Shown: in pieces, positions 27,435-37,667 of the stretch | Layout of the letters: each line of letters starts with the position of its first letter | Position numbering within the stretch: position 1 is the first letter of the stretch | Origin: a virus | Length of the DNA: 64,000 nt | Direction: 5' to 3' (one strand) | IMG/VR virus record: IMGVR_UViG_3300027902_000006 | Location: 64,001 to 128,000 of that record | Program-made: the position numbers and the translations under genes | Notes under the pieces: generated by a model | What the model was told of the DNA's origin: nothing | What the model saw: only the letters and a program-made list of their open reading frames with translations | Databases searched by the model: none

Positions 27435-27913
27435 TATAACGTCTCCTTTTTTAATTGTGGTTTAGACATCACTCGTTCCAGTTCAGCGGCCACGCGTTCG
27501 GAAACCAGACTTTCTCCTACTTGGCGTCTAGGTTCTGCATAGTAGTTTGATAGATATAAATCAACCAGTTTCTCCAATCCTTTCCGTTTGTGGTCCATCG
27601 CCTTAACTACCGCTTTGTACATGTTACAATCATAACGTGCCGAGATACGCTCCTCCTCTACAGCTTGATAGTCTGGATGCCGAATAATCCAGTTCTTAAC
27701 ACCGGCTTCCGTCATCTTCTCTCCGCTAGCACGAGCTAGCTCATCCAATCTAGCTACAGTTGTATCTTTTTTGAGTTCAATGCGTTCGAGGACTTGTTCG
27801 GCGTCAACAGCGAGTTCGCTGTAGTGGAAAACTGAAGCTGGGTGATTAATCCATTCATCGTCAAGGGCATTTTTGTCAATGGAAAGATCTTTCTCGACTT
27901 GACTACGTTCCAT
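27434..27913 (-). CDS. UvsY-like recombination mediator
   Basis: L.ID...LD.EW, K.TEA, LEKLVDLY...YY helical pattern; position between polymerase and SSB. Confidence 0.55.
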   Translation of the reverse strand: MERSQVEKDLSIDKNALDDEWINHPASVFHYSELAVDAEQVLERIELKKDTTVARLDELARASGEKMTEAGVKNWIIRHPDYQAVEEERISARYDCNMYKAVVKAMDHKRKGLEKLVDLYLSNYYAEPRRQVGESLVSERVAAELERVMSKPQLKKETL

Positions 27914-27940
27914 AAATTCTCCTTTATTTTATCCTAGGAT

Positions 27941-30607
27941 CTAGTAGTTTTCAAGTAAAATTTTATCTAAACTTATTTTTTCTTTCGCTGCCCAAGGTTG
28001 GTCGATACCACTGAGTTCGTATTCAACGTCAAGGGGTACGTTCAACCACGGATGGGGTTTCTTAATAGCCGCTGTAGTAATATAGTGTGTTAGTTTCGAT
28101 ACATGCTGTAACTCAGAAGGAGCCACGCTAAACAAAATACAGTCGTGAATCTGTGCGATTATCCTTGACTTCCAATCCTCCTTCCTAGCTATTTTCATCA
28201 ACTCGATAAAACTCCAAAGTAGTAGATGAAATGCCGTTCCTTGGATAGCTGTATTAAGAATCTGATTTCTATCTAAGAACCCTTGTCTACGAAAACCATG
28301 CTTGAGTAGTACTTTTCCAGTTTCGTAGTACTTATTAACCCACTTCTCTTTCCATTGTGTGTAGACGGAGAACTTCTTCCAAAAGTGGTCCTCCTCTGCT
28401 CTAACATGAAGACTAAAATCATCTAGAGTGGATATACCCTTAGATTTCAAATGTGTGTGAATCGGCATTCCATCCTCTAAAGTTAGATCATCACTCCACT
28501 TCCATAAATTCTCAGCACATGGAGCATACCAACTTCCATAAAACTGAGCAAAAACAAAACCACCCTTGACTAAATTTCTAATCGGTTTGTTGATACGATC
28601 TTTTTGAAGTAAGAATATCCTCTCTGTCTGATCTCTGTGCATATCCGATGTAGGATCTTCACAGTAGTGAATAAGTTCTGGATCTTGTGTAAAGCAGGCA
28701 GCTACTCTGACTTCGTGCATACCGAAATCGACTTCGAGAAGTTGCTGACCCGGATGTGGGAATATCCCATTTCTGACCAACAACATCATGCGTTCGTTTC
28801 GTACGGGAATGTTTTGAAAGTTCGGGTTCTGGCTCGAAGAGCGATAACTTCTCACACTATCTAGATGAAAGAACGGATGAATTGTATCGTCGTAGATTTC
28901 TTTCATCAATCCACGTACGTAAGTAGATTCAGTTTTAGTGGAAGTTCGTAGAATAGTAATGTTCTTAAGAAATGTTCTCAGGCTTTTCTGGGATACTGTT
29001 TTAGCTAACTCATCAATATCGGCTTTATCTAGCGATGGATTCTTTTTTGCTGTATACTTGAGTGGTTTAACTCCTAACGTATTAAAAAGCAGTTTCTTGA
29101 GTTGATCTGGAGAGGTTGGATTAAGTTTAACACCGGTCTCCTTCTCCCAAAGTTTGGCATAATGGGAGTTCATTATATTCTCTTTAGCGACTTTGCACTC
29201 GTCTTCCATGCCTTTCTGAACTTCTGTGAAGTACGCCATTGAAGTTCGTATTCCAGTTATCTCTGAATCGAGGAACGCTAAAGATCCTTCGTGAAACAGA
29301 TTGTAAGCCCCTGTCAACCCTTTAATCTGCTTAAGTTCTTCCATCTGGTCTAGTGCTAACCTATGGGCGAACATTGCGTCTAATCCGTTGCGTAATAGGA
29401 GTTTATCTATAGGACATGCTTCAATATTGTTGAGGTCGTTAGAAGTTTCAGACTTCATAAATGGAGAAGTCTCATCTTTGAAACCCGCTATTCCATATCT
29501 CACGAACGTCTGAAAAGCTAGGCTCTTGATTCCGTGTCTATCGTCCAATACATGTGTAGCTAACTGAGAACACCATTTCCATCCCTTTATGGAGGTCTCC
29601 AAGATTTGTCGGGCCCACAACTCTTCAAATTTGAAGTTATGAGCCGTCTTCTTAATATCTAAGTTCTTTAGAATCATACGTAATAGGGGAACTATCTCTG
29701 GAAACATCGGAAAAGAAACTCCCTGTTCTGGATTCCACGAGAGTCCGACTGCGACTATCTTATGGCCCGTCTTATAGGGCTTTAAACCAGTAGTCTCCCA
29801 ATCCAACGTCAGAAGAGGAGGTTTATCTCGCAGAATCGTCTCTAGGACTTGTATCGCTTCTTCTGGACTGAAGATACATCTGATCTTATCTTCTTCTCGA
29901 GTCAGTTCTGGAAATGGCTTTAGAGAGTTACCAATCGCTACTTCCATTTTTTGTCGATAGATTTTCAACAGTTTCTTATTCGAACCATATTGAAAAAAAG
30001 ATGGATGATACTGAGGGATAACCCAACACTTTAAATCTCGGTCGGGAATACACCAATCTGCCCATCTAGATATGGCAGGCTGTTCCCCCCCTATCTCTAT
30101 ATCTAGAAGGTATGACTGAAGTGGAACTCTTCCAGTAAGAATAATAGCTTTCGGTCTACGATCCTTAATAAGCTGCCAAGTCTCTCCATGACACAAAGCG
30201 ATCTCTCTATCGGTCGGAGTTCTATTACTTCCCGTCTCTGAGATTGGTCGACAGCGCACGACATTGCACTTATAAAAGTCAGCATCTAAGTCGTATCCCA
30301 ACGGAGTTATAATCTCATCTCGGAATAACTGACCGGCCTGACCGCAAAGTTGATACCCTAATTTATCTTCCGTTGACCCAGCCGCTTCCGCGAGGAAAAG
30401 TATTCCTGTTCGTCCCTCTCCTGTAACCCCCATCTTAGGGGAACGACAGGTTTTATACAAGCCACATTCTTCACATGGAGGCAACGTTTCCTTAACAACT
30501 TTAGCTCTACGCACCGTTGGAGTAGAGGAAGAAGACATCTTACTAACAGTTCGCTTGACTTTTAGTTTAGTCTCTTCCTCATAGTCAAAAAACTTTCTAA
30601 TAGTCAC
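27941..30607 (-). CDS. polA: family A DNA polymerase with N-terminal family-4 uracil-DNA-glycosylase-like domain (SPO1-type) and 3'-5' exonuclease
   Basis: CEEC.L, GQAG, NVVRCRP, HPSF (UDG); DWETTG, HNFKFE (exo); SSQNPNFQN, DF..HEVR, R..VK..VFAQFYG, QGTA, QIHD (pol). Confidence 0.92.
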   Translation of the reverse strand: MTIRKFFDYEEETKLKVKRTVSKMSSSSTPTVRRAKVVKETLPPCEECGLYKTCRSPKMGVTGEGRTGILFLAEAAGSTEDKLGYQLCGQAGQLFRDEIITPLGYDLDADFYKCNVVRCRPISETGSNRTPTDREIALCHGETWQLIKDRRPKAIILTGRVPLQSYLLDIEIGGEQPAISRWADWCIPDRDLKCWVIPQYHPSFFQYGSNKKLLKIYRQKMEVAIGNSLKPFPELTREEDKIRCIFSPEEAIQVLETILRDKPPLLTLDWETTGLKPYKTGHKIVAVGLSWNPEQGVSFPMFPEIVPLLRMILKNLDIKKTAHNFKFEELWARQILETSIKGWKWCSQLATHVLDDRHGIKSLAFQTFVRYGIAGFKDETSPFMKSETSNDLNNIEACPIDKLLLRNGLDAMFAHRLALDQMEELKQIKGLTGAYNLFHEGSLAFLDSEITGIRTSMAYFTEVQKGMEDECKVAKENIMNSHYAKLWEKETGVKLNPTSPDQLKKLLFNTLGVKPLKYTAKKNPSLDKADIDELAKTVSQKSLRTFLKNITILRTSTKTESTYVRGLMKEIYDDTIHPFFHLDSVRSYRSSSQNPNFQNIPVRNERMMLLVRNGIFPHPGQQLLEVDFGMHEVRVAACFTQDPELIHYCEDPTSDMHRDQTERIFLLQKDRINKPIRNLVKGGFVFAQFYGSWYAPCAENLWKWSDDLTLEDGMPIHTHLKSKGISTLDDFSLHVRAEEDHFWKKFSVYTQWKEKWVNKYYETGKVLLKHGFRRQGFLDRNQILNTAIQGTAFHLLLWSFIELMKIARKEDWKSRIIAQIHDCILFSVAPSELQHVSKLTHYITTAAIKKPHPWLNVPLDVEYELSGIDQPWAAKEKISLDKILLENY

Positions 30608-31143
30608 TGATTAGCCTCGAAAAATGCCTTTGCAAAACTTGGGGGCGTGATACTTCTCTCCTCTTTTTGCCATCCAAAGAGTCGAATATGAATCTTACTA
30701 CCCTCTGTCGGTTCGACAATGTTTTGCTTAGGAATATTAAAGTTTCCCCATAGACACGTTTTCTTTGTATATGGGTCTCCGTAGTGAAATGGATGGAAAT
30801 AGAGTGTGGGTTTTCCTAGATAATGGACCAACCGTCCTACGGGGTTCTCCAACGCCCAAAAAATGGGTTGGGAAATCATAATAACTCTTAGGCAGGCGTC
30901 TACTACTGAGAGACCCTCTAGAAGAGCTTGGGTTCCTTTTTCTTTCCACCAACGGGCTCCGCTTCCGGCAAGGTGACAGCAAGGAGGCGCAGCCAAAACT
31001 CCGTAAACTTCTTTTGGTGGAAAGAACAATCGAATATCGTTCTCGGGCAAAGTTATCAAACGTACGTCGTATCCTGCCTCTCTATAGGGAGTAGACCATG
31101 CACCAGTTCCTCCACAGAGATCTAAGATTATTTTAGACATCAA
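30604..31143 (-). CDS. compact C5-cytosine DNA methyltransferase
   Basis: LDLCGGTG, AAPPC, LENP, KKT.LWG, RS.TP.SFA. Confidence 0.75.
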   Translation of the reverse strand: MMSKIILDLCGGTGAWSTPYREAGYDVRLITLPENDIRLFFPPKEVYGVLAAPPCCHLAGSGARWWKEKGTQALLEGLSVVDACLRVIMISQPIFWALENPVGRLVHYLGKPTLYFHPFHYGDPYTKKTCLWGNFNIPKQNIVEPTEGSKIHIRLFGWQKEERSITPPSFAKAFFEANQ

Positions 31144-32128
31144 TCAAGACCATAACGTGTTTAAAGTTCGGACCTGTAAACACACATCTGTCCTTTCCGA
31201 CAACCACGTCATGAGTAAAGTTTAGAATCTGTTCTAAGTAAAACGGATTAATAAAGATTTTAAACTCCGGACCTGTGTAGTCCACATCTAGTTCTTCCTC
31301 TACCCAACCTAACTCCTTTTGCCCTCGACAAGTTATCTTGCCAGTAGAAAAGACTAACTCAACTTTAGTCTCAAACGAAACTTCAGTAACGGTCATTATA
31401 CGACAACGTGCTAGTGCTTCTGTCATATCTGGAAGAGTGATTGTCGGGCCATCTACCATCGTATAACTCGCTATCTTTTCTTCGTCAAAAAACTCTTCTT
31501 CCATCTTCCGCACACTAAAAACCAAGCCTCCTGCCTTAAAATGAACCCAATTCTCATCAACAAGAAGATGCGTAGGATCGTACTTTTTAAGTTTTGACAG
31601 ACAAAACCCAGGCAGGAGAAAATCAAATGGACTAGGCTCTTGCAATATAATGTGAGTTACTCTATAGCCGTCTGAGCTTATTACAGAACGATCCTTAACA
31701 TGAACGCATGTAAACTTAGGACGTGTCATATTTTTACTCACGGAGAATTCTGACATCTTAATGGCAGAGAACAGATCGGGTGAAAAAGATTGCCACTCAC
31801 CTGAGACGCTAACCGGAGGATATGAAACCTCCAATATGGAAATTCCTGCTCTTACTTTTCCACAAGTCAAGCGGAACTCAGTTCCCTCTGTAAAGATTGT
31901 CACATCTTCACTAGGTAGTTTGGCAAGAATCTTTGTGAGTTCCTCTGCTCGCACTCCTCCGTCAACTCCCGACTCAAACGGAATGGAAACAAAGATTCCA
32001 TCATCAAATGTGACAATGTGATCGTTATGAAAGCGGAAACAGACATTCTGTTCAATGATATCTTTCTGTGCTAGTCCGGGTGAAAGTTTATTCAGTGTCT
32101 CTATCAGAGTCGATCTTTTTACATTCAT
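31133..32128 (-). CDS. dnaN: DNA sliding clamp (beta-clamp-like)
   Basis: 331 aa, SSDGYR, FINPFYL; adjacent to clamp loader. Confidence 0.7.
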   Translation of the reverse strand: MNVKRSTLIETLNKLSPGLAQKDIIEQNVCFRFHNDHIVTFDDGIFVSIPFESGVDGGVRAEELTKILAKLPSEDVTIFTEGTEFRLTCGKVRAGISILEVSYPPVSVSGEWQSFSPDLFSAIKMSEFSVSKNMTRPKFTCVHVKDRSVISSDGYRVTHIILQEPSPFDFLLPGFCLSKLKKYDPTHLLVDENWVHFKAGGLVFSVRKMEEEFFDEEKIASYTMVDGPTITLPDMTEALARCRIMTVTEVSFETKVELVFSTGKITCRGQKELGWVEEELDVDYTGPEFKIFINPFYLEQILNFTHDVVVGKDRCVFTGPNFKHVMVLIDV

Positions 32129-32507
32129 CTGGAGTCTTTCTCCTCATTGTGATTTTAACTTTCGTTTTAGGTTCTAGTTCTATACTCCAATTGTAGTTAG
32201 AGTACCAATTCCCCCCCGTAGACCGCTCTACGGGTTGGTATGGTAAATGTGTTTCGTACATTCGAAATGTTGAAACCGGATCTGGAATCGGGGAGTAGGC
32301 CGATGGTAGTACCAGAGGTTCAGACGAACTCCCCGGCACTCCCCACGAATAGATACTAGTAGGGAATTCACGCCTAGACCAAGGAAATTCGTCAAAGGTA
32401 AGTTCAGATTCTTCTACAGTTCGGACTTCAGACGTTTCTTCGGTAGAAAAGAACTTACATGCTTTAGTTTTTCCTTTCTTCACCGCCCTCTTTTTACGTC
32501 GACGCAT
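32088..32507 (-). CDS. low-complexity protein with VKITMRRK motif
   Basis: ORF between clamp loader and clamp; carries the recurrent motif. Confidence 0.5.
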   Translation of the reverse strand: MRRRKKRAVKKGKTKACKFFSTEETSEVRTVEESELTFDEFPWSRREFPTSIYSWGVPGSSSEPLVLPSAYSPIPDPVSTFRMYETHLPYQPVERSTGGNWYSNYNWSIELEPKTKVKITMRRKTPDECKKIDSDRDTE

Positions 32508-33426
32508 GATGAGTTACTCCTTGGTAACAAGCAAGTGTCAGACCAACTTCTTTAGTATGAAAGAATGGTTCCGAGAAGCACTCAATTAAGATTGCCGCTT
32601 GTCGATTAGGATGTTCCAACAACACGGCCTGACAATAGCGTAGTACAGCCCACCTAATCGCTTCTGGGTCTTTTTCTTTAAGACGAGTGAGAATAGATGC
32701 TACATCTTTCCAATCTGCCTTGTCCAAAAGAGCTTTGAGTAATTCTCTTACTGTAGATTCTTGGGAAGAACTCTCGATGGCTTCAAGCAACGCTCTTTCA
32801 TCGAGAATGTCTACTACTTTATCCAAGATCACTAATGCTTCACGAGGTATCCCGTGACAGACGTCTTCCCTACTGATTTGTTCTATAGCCTTCTTGGGGA
32901 AATCAGACACGCTAGCTGCTTCCAGTACGCTATTGAGTAGTCTGCGTATTTCTCCGGCCTTTAGAGGCTTAACTTCGAACCGTCTACACCGGGACAAGAC
33001 TGTCCCAGGAAGTTTGTCTGGATTCGTAGTACATAGAATGAATACGACATGCTTAGGAGTAAATTCTAGAGCATCTAGGAGACAGTCCCAAAAGTCACCC
33101 GTGGCTCGTTGGCACTCATTGAGTAGATAGATTTTGATGGGACCACCCATCGGTCTAAGTCGCATGTTACTATCAAGTTCTCTAGCTTGGTCTATCCCCC
33201 GTGTATTGGAGATATTCAAGTGGTGGAAGTCTATTTCGGCACAACCCATCATGTCCTTAACGATGTATGCCAAGGTTGTCTTCCCACAACCCCTTGTTCC
33301 AGAGAAAAGCAAAACTCTAGGTGGGTCTTCTGATGTTAGATTAAGTTGCAGAATCTCTTTTAAAGAGTCGTTTCCGAAAAACTCTCTGAGCGTCTTGGGT
33401 CTAAAGTCGATATGAAGTGGACTCAT
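32494..33426 (-). CDS. dnaX: clamp-loader AAA+ ATPase (DnaX gamma/tau-like)
   Basis: RPKTL, GTRGCGKTT, LNECQ, LCTT.P, SRC. Confidence 0.85.
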   Translation of the reverse strand: MSPLHIDFRPKTLREFFGNDSLKEILQLNLTSEDPPRVLLFSGTRGCGKTTLAYIVKDMMGCAEIDFHHLNISNTRGIDQARELDSNMRLRPMGGPIKIYLLNECQRATGDFWDCLLDALEFTPKHVVFILCTTNPDKLPGTVLSRCRRFEVKPLKAGEIRRLLNSVLEAASVSDFPKKAIEQISREDVCHGIPREALVILDKVVDILDERALLEAIESSSQESTVRELLKALLDKADWKDVASILTRLKEKDPEAIRWAVLRYCQAVLLEHPNRQAAILIECFSEPFFHTKEVGLTLACYQGVTHHAST

Positions 33427-33563
33427 TCTACTTCTCCATCATAACTTCTGGTAAATCATCCCGTCCGTAAGACTTGTAGCGCTGCGACCTAGCTCGATGT
33501 AGACAGTTCTCACAGAATTTAGTAAAGGTGGTTTTGGGTTCGTGACACCGAGCACACAAATTC

Positions 33564-33767
33564 TCATTTTGCTTTTTTGGCATCTCTTGTACTCCTTGGA
33601 TGTTCCTTATTAGTACCATTGGCAAAATATTCCAATAGCCTTTCGTCTGTTTCGTTCTGTAAAAAGAAGTAGGACAGCAATCTGAACGGATATTGCGCTT
33701 CAGTTAACACATCACCTTGTGAATCCTCCTCTAACCAAGTGGCTGTGTAGATCTTTGTCATTTGCAA
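33564..33767 (-). CDS. small protein resembling a detached DpdA/TGT-barrel segment
   Basis: KIYTA...RLLSYFF pattern; downstream of dpdA. Confidence 0.35.
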   Translation of the reverse strand: MQMTKIYTATWLEEDSQGDVLTEAQYPFRLLSYFFLQNETDERLLEYFANGTNKEHPRSTRDAKKAK

Positions 33768-34005
33768 CGCCCCCTTAAGTCCGAATAGCTATAACCAAGA
33801 CTTCTCTATCTACACATCGCAGGTAGATAATGGTAACTGTTGAGTTCTTCAAAGGCTATACCGTGGGCCATAAGAAAGATTTTAGCTTCCATCTCAGTGT
33901 TAAACACAAGGTAGTCAGAACTGTCGTCCTCCATCAGATACTCAAACGGATTCAAACAGACGCCCTCTTGGAACCTAGCCACAATGACTTCCATACATAC
34001 CTCCC

Positions 34006-34590
34006 TCAAGGTTTATGTTTTCGAAACACAATGAAATATGAATGAAACTTACGCGCATGTACTTGTTTCAGTTGCTTGGGGTGTATCATCCTATGTTTTG
34101 CCAACAAAATGAACAAATCTACAGGTACGAATCCGATTTTACGTGCCCTGTTAAAAATCTCTACATGTGTAAAATTATTCTTCCCGCTTAGGACACCGTC
34201 TTGACACTTAAAGACTAGCCAACCAGAAGAAATAAGAACTCTATAGATCTCGATCATTGCTTGCTCATAAAAGTCCCAGAGGTCTTCTATAGTTCCGATT
34301 AACTCTCCAAATTGTTTCTTTAAAGTTGCACCGGGACCCGTTCTGGCCATGAAAGGTGGATCGTAGATTATGGAACTCAAACTACTATCCTTAAAGGGTA
34401 GATTTCTTACATCGGCAGGAATTACATCTGGAAATCTCGGAGACAAATCTAACTTGTACTTAGGTTGTGGAATTTGCTTATAGAAGTTCCCTCCACCATA
34501 AGTTACATCACATTCCACTGGACCAGTGTGAAGATCGGAAATCCAACGCAAAATGTCGTGTTGAGAATATGAAATAGATGGGATAATCAT
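34006..34590 (-). CDS. amino (N6-A/N4-C) DNA methyltransferase
   Basis: DVTYGGGNFY, IIYDPPF, VFKCQD, HARK.HSYF. Confidence 0.75.
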   Translation of the reverse strand: MIIPSISYSQHDILRWISDLHTGPVECDVTYGGGNFYKQIPQPKYKLDLSPRFPDVIPADVRNLPFKDSSLSSIIYDPPFMARTGPGATLKKQFGELIGTIEDLWDFYEQAMIEIYRVLISSGWLVFKCQDGVLSGKNNFTHVEIFNRARKIGFVPVDLFILLAKHRMIHPKQLKQVHARKFHSYFIVFRKHKP

Positions 34591-35414
34591 TCAATTTCCA
34601 ATGGTGTGGCTGTGCGTCGAAACGGCCTAGGCCAAGGCAGTTGTTCTGCTAGTCCTACCATAAATCTAACATTCACGAAGTCCCTCCGTCTATACTCAGA
34701 CTGTAACTCTTCCATAGAAACACTTAGAGTTTCTAGATACGAGAGAACTTCCTGTTGTTCGGCTTTTTCAAGAGTTGTAAAGTGTTTTCCTACATTATCT
34801 AATGAGGGAGAACGATCAGAAACAACAATTTTATGTGGAGAAGTTACAAAGTCGTACTTTCCCCCAATCTTCTTAGGAATCCAGACAGTACCATACCTAC
34901 TTGTGTGAACCCAAGCCGTACTATCGACACTTGCCCAAGGAAAACGAGTCATGAGCATATGACTTGTAACAGCAAAACCGTGGAATTTAACAATGGGCAT
35001 TCCTTTTGGATCTGTTACATACTTCATACAGAGATGAAGCCATTCATACTTCTCTTTTGTAGTTCTATCATTGGCAGGGCTTAGACCGATGTACGGCATT
35101 TCTGCTATCATACGTTCTAGCCAGTAGAACTCCTCGCCTTGATGAAATACGTGGATAAGTTTTTCGACTGGGATGCCCCTACCTCGCATATAAAGATAGT
35201 TTTCCCATCCCTGTCTTGCACTTTCTTCTCGTACTTCCTGTGATAGTTGTTTCTGCCCAAACTTTCCTGGGATAACGTCTACACTGACAACATAATTAAC
35301 CTTATCAAGCCACTTTAAACAGAAATTAGTATAGGCTTCTATGTCTATCGTTGTTTGTTTCGTCCACGCACTAAAAGCCCCGGAGTCTAAAATGATATCA
35401 AGTTTCATTGTCAC
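34587..35414 (-). CDS. dpdA: DNA 7-deazaguanine transglycosylase (TGT-like)
   Basis: LDSGAFSAW, VDVIPG, HVFHQGE, YIGLS, FHGFAVT, SVDSTAW; in que cluster. Confidence 0.8.
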   Translation of the reverse strand: MTMKLDIILDSGAFSAWTKQTTIDIEAYTNFCLKWLDKVNYVVSVDVIPGKFGQKQLSQEVREESARQGWENYLYMRGRGIPVEKLIHVFHQGEEFYWLERMIAEMPYIGLSPANDRTTKEKYEWLHLCMKYVTDPKGMPIVKFHGFAVTSHMLMTRFPWASVDSTAWVHTSRYGTVWIPKKIGGKYDFVTSPHKIVVSDRSPSLDNVGKHFTTLEKAEQQEVLSYLETLSVSMEELQSEYRRRDFVNVRFMVGLAEQLPWPRPFRRTATPLEIE

Positions 35415-36080
35415 CTACAGAATCAGACGAGGAACGTCTCGTCTACGGAAGTAGTCCCTTGCTCCATCCTTAACCTGTGATTTAACATAGGATGCACGAT
35501 GTTTAACTCCCGTGTTATCCATGTATCTGTTCAGGTATTCAAACTTCCACATGACATCGTCCATAAAATGTTCTATATCCTGATAGGGTCGAAACACAAC
35601 AGGACAACCCAATAACCAGTTACGCCCAAAGTGTGTTTTTGTTAAGAGAACGGTATCCGTTCTCTTATCCCTTCGAAACTGAATTAGTGGAAACATACAG
35701 GTAATGGGATTGTTCCGATGTATTTTACAACCTTTTATACTAAATGGGCAAGGCTTCCCCTCAAACGCATTGACAAAATATGAGATAGAGTTTCCATTAA
35801 AAATGAGGTCTAACGATTCTCCTGTCATTTCAGGACAGGCCAACTCTTTTTGTGTGAAGTTCCAAAATCCAGAACAACAAGAACAACCAAGATGTTCAAG
35901 ACAAGAATAGTACCGTTCGAACAGCAATGGACTTATTTTAAAATTACTCACAGGTACTAATGAGAAGTTCTTATCTTTACATCGTACTTCGACAGGTTCT
36001 AAGATCATGGCTTCGATATAAGACAGTTCTTTTTTAAGACTTGTAACAAAGTTATGTGAAGTCTTCTTACAAAAAGCCAT
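35415..36080 (-). CDS. Cys-rich (CxxxxxCxCC...CPF...C.IH...P..C) metal/Fe-S-binding protein
   Basis: YkgJ-like Cys pattern; located between queF and dpdA. Confidence 0.55.
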   Translation of the reverse strand: MAFCKKTSHNFVTSLKKELSYIEAMILEPVEVRCKDKNFSLVPVSNFKISPLLFERYYSCLEHLGCSCCSGFWNFTQKELACPEMTGESLDLIFNGNSISYFVNAFEGKPCPFSIKGCKIHRNNPITCMFPLIQFRRDKRTDTVLLTKTHFGRNWLLGCPVVFRPYQDIEHFMDDVMWKFEYLNRYMDNTGVKHRASYVKSQVKDGARDYFRRRDVPRLIL

Positions 36081-36085
36081 TTGTC

Positions 36086-36496
36086 TTAACTCTTCTTGTA
36101 TGATGCTGTGACAGCTAGGGCAATACCCCCACGGATGTTAAAGTCTCCGATGACAGTCATCTCTCTTGGAGAACAGACGGCTACTAAATCATCGAGGATT
36201 TTGTTAACAATTGTCTCCATGAAAGAACCATGATTTCTAAACGCAAATAGGTACAACTTTAGGCTTTTCGTTTCGACGCACAACAAATCTGGAATGTAGC
36301 TTATTGTAATAATTGCGAAGTCTGGTTGTTTCGTACGAGGGCAAAGACTTGTCATCTCATTACAAATTAGCTCAACACTAAAATTCCGATCTGTATTTTG
36401 ATTCGGAAATGTTTCTAACATCTCTTTTGTTGGATTATCATATGTGTAAACTGTCTCTTTCGAGCCTAATTGCTTAAGGTGATCTACTTTATCCAT
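36086..36496 (-). CDS. queF: preQ0 reductase (type I)
   Basis: LETFPN, EMTSLCP.TKQPDFA, VETKSLKLYL..FRN.G.F.E, RGG. Confidence 0.92.
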   Translation of the reverse strand: MDKVDHLKQLGSKETVYTYDNPTKEMLETFPNQNTDRNFSVELICNEMTSLCPRTKQPDFAIITISYIPDLLCVETKSLKLYLFAFRNHGSFMETIVNKILDDLVAVCSPREMTVIGDFNIRGGIALAVTASYKKS

Positions 36497-37049
36497 TGTA
36501 TTCTCTCTCCACTATGTCTAAAAATTCCGCTCTTGCGGCTACATCTTCCATAAATATTCCGCGAACTGTTTGTGTTACCATCTTAACTCCTGCTACTTTA
36601 ACTCCGCGACAAGCTTCACATAAATGTGAGGCCGACATGATAACCATACATCCCTTGGGTTTAACTTCTTCCATGAAAGAATCAGCTAACTGCTCCGTAA
36701 GTTCTTCCTGAATCGACAGCTTTGCAGTGGTGTGTTGTATAAATCTGATTATCTTAGATGCCCCTACGACCCGACAATCTGGAATATAGCCAAAGTGTAC
36801 CACACCACTGAAGTTTAGCATATGATGTTCACAATAGCTATTGAAAGGGATTCCGATTCTTGCTACAATTCCACCGTAGCAAGAACCGAAATCTTTTAAC
36901 GAAAAGTCAAAAGGTTGATACCCTCTGAACATTTCCTCATAGGCTTTGGCTACCCTGAACGGAGTTTCTTTCAAGCCCTCACGCTCAGGATCTTCACCTA
37001 TGGCGGTTAAGAGTTGTCTTATTAGGTTCTCTATGTTTTCTTTGTTCAT
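36489..37049 (-). CDS. folE: GTP cyclohydrolase I
   Basis: GEDPEREGLKETP.RV, SYCEHH, G.SK, IQE.LT, H.C..CRGV. Confidence 0.93.
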   Translation of the reverse strand: MNKENIENLIRQLLTAIGEDPEREGLKETPFRVAKAYEEMFRGYQPFDFSLKDFGSCYGGIVARIGIPFNSYCEHHMLNFSGVVHFGYIPDCRVVGASKIIRFIQHTTAKLSIQEELTEQLADSFMEEVKPKGCMVIMSASHLCEACRGVKVAGVKMVTQTVRGIFMEDVAARAEFLDIVEREYNG

Positions 37050-37082
37050 ACCTTACCTGTTATGAAATTGAGGGTTAATCAA

Positions 37083-37667
37083 TCAATCTAATATACCTAG
37101 AACGCGTTGTCTGTCTTCTATCATCCGTGCTTTTCTACGAGTTCTCATCACAGTTTTAGCTAGTCGTTCGCTTTCCAGTTGTGCTTGCTGGGACTCGGCA
37201 GTTCGTAGAACACCGATTAAGAAGTTGGCTCCGTTCTCTAGAATTATATTACGTTCTATGAACAACGATTTTTCGTCTTCCGTATAAGCACAGAGAGCCC
37301 GTTGTGTATTTATTAAGTATTGTCTCCTGTATTGGCTTCCTGTCTCTTGACCCTGTTTAATAATTGCTACAATAGCCATGTCTCGTCCAGAACGAAAGCG
37401 GACGCCCCTATCTCTATCTACAGTTAACTCACAAGGATAACTGGCTCGTCTGAAGTACGAGTTAAGGTCCCTCACCCAGAGATTACGACTTACAATCCAA
37501 TTTTTGTATTCCAACGTTTCTGGTTCAGGTAGACTTCCTGCCAATACCCAATCTAGGGTGAACGATTCCCACGATAGACGTCTTTCCGGTCGTTCGTGCC
37601 ATAATCTCTCGGCTACGTGCGCGATCATTCCATAATACCCATAAGACGACTTTGCACTATACCTCAT
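37083..37667 (-). CDS. hypothetical protein
   Basis: ORF coupled to the ParB-like gene. Confidence 0.5.
   Translation of the reverse strand: MRYSAKSSYGYYGMIAHVAERLWHERPERRLSWESFTLDWVLAGSLPEPETLEYKNWIVSRNLWVRDLNSYFRRASYPCELTVDRDRGVRFRSGRDMAIVAIIKQGQETGSQYRRQYLINTQRALCAYTEDEKSLFIERNIILENGANFLIGVLRTAESQQAQLESERLAKTVMRTRRKARMIEDRQRVLGILD

Noticed and set aside
27941-30607. UDG-polymerase fusion as a novelty or as evidence of uracil-containing DNA
   Set aside because: This architecture is known from SPO1-type polymerases, and thyX plus dCMP deaminase indicate dTTP synthesis
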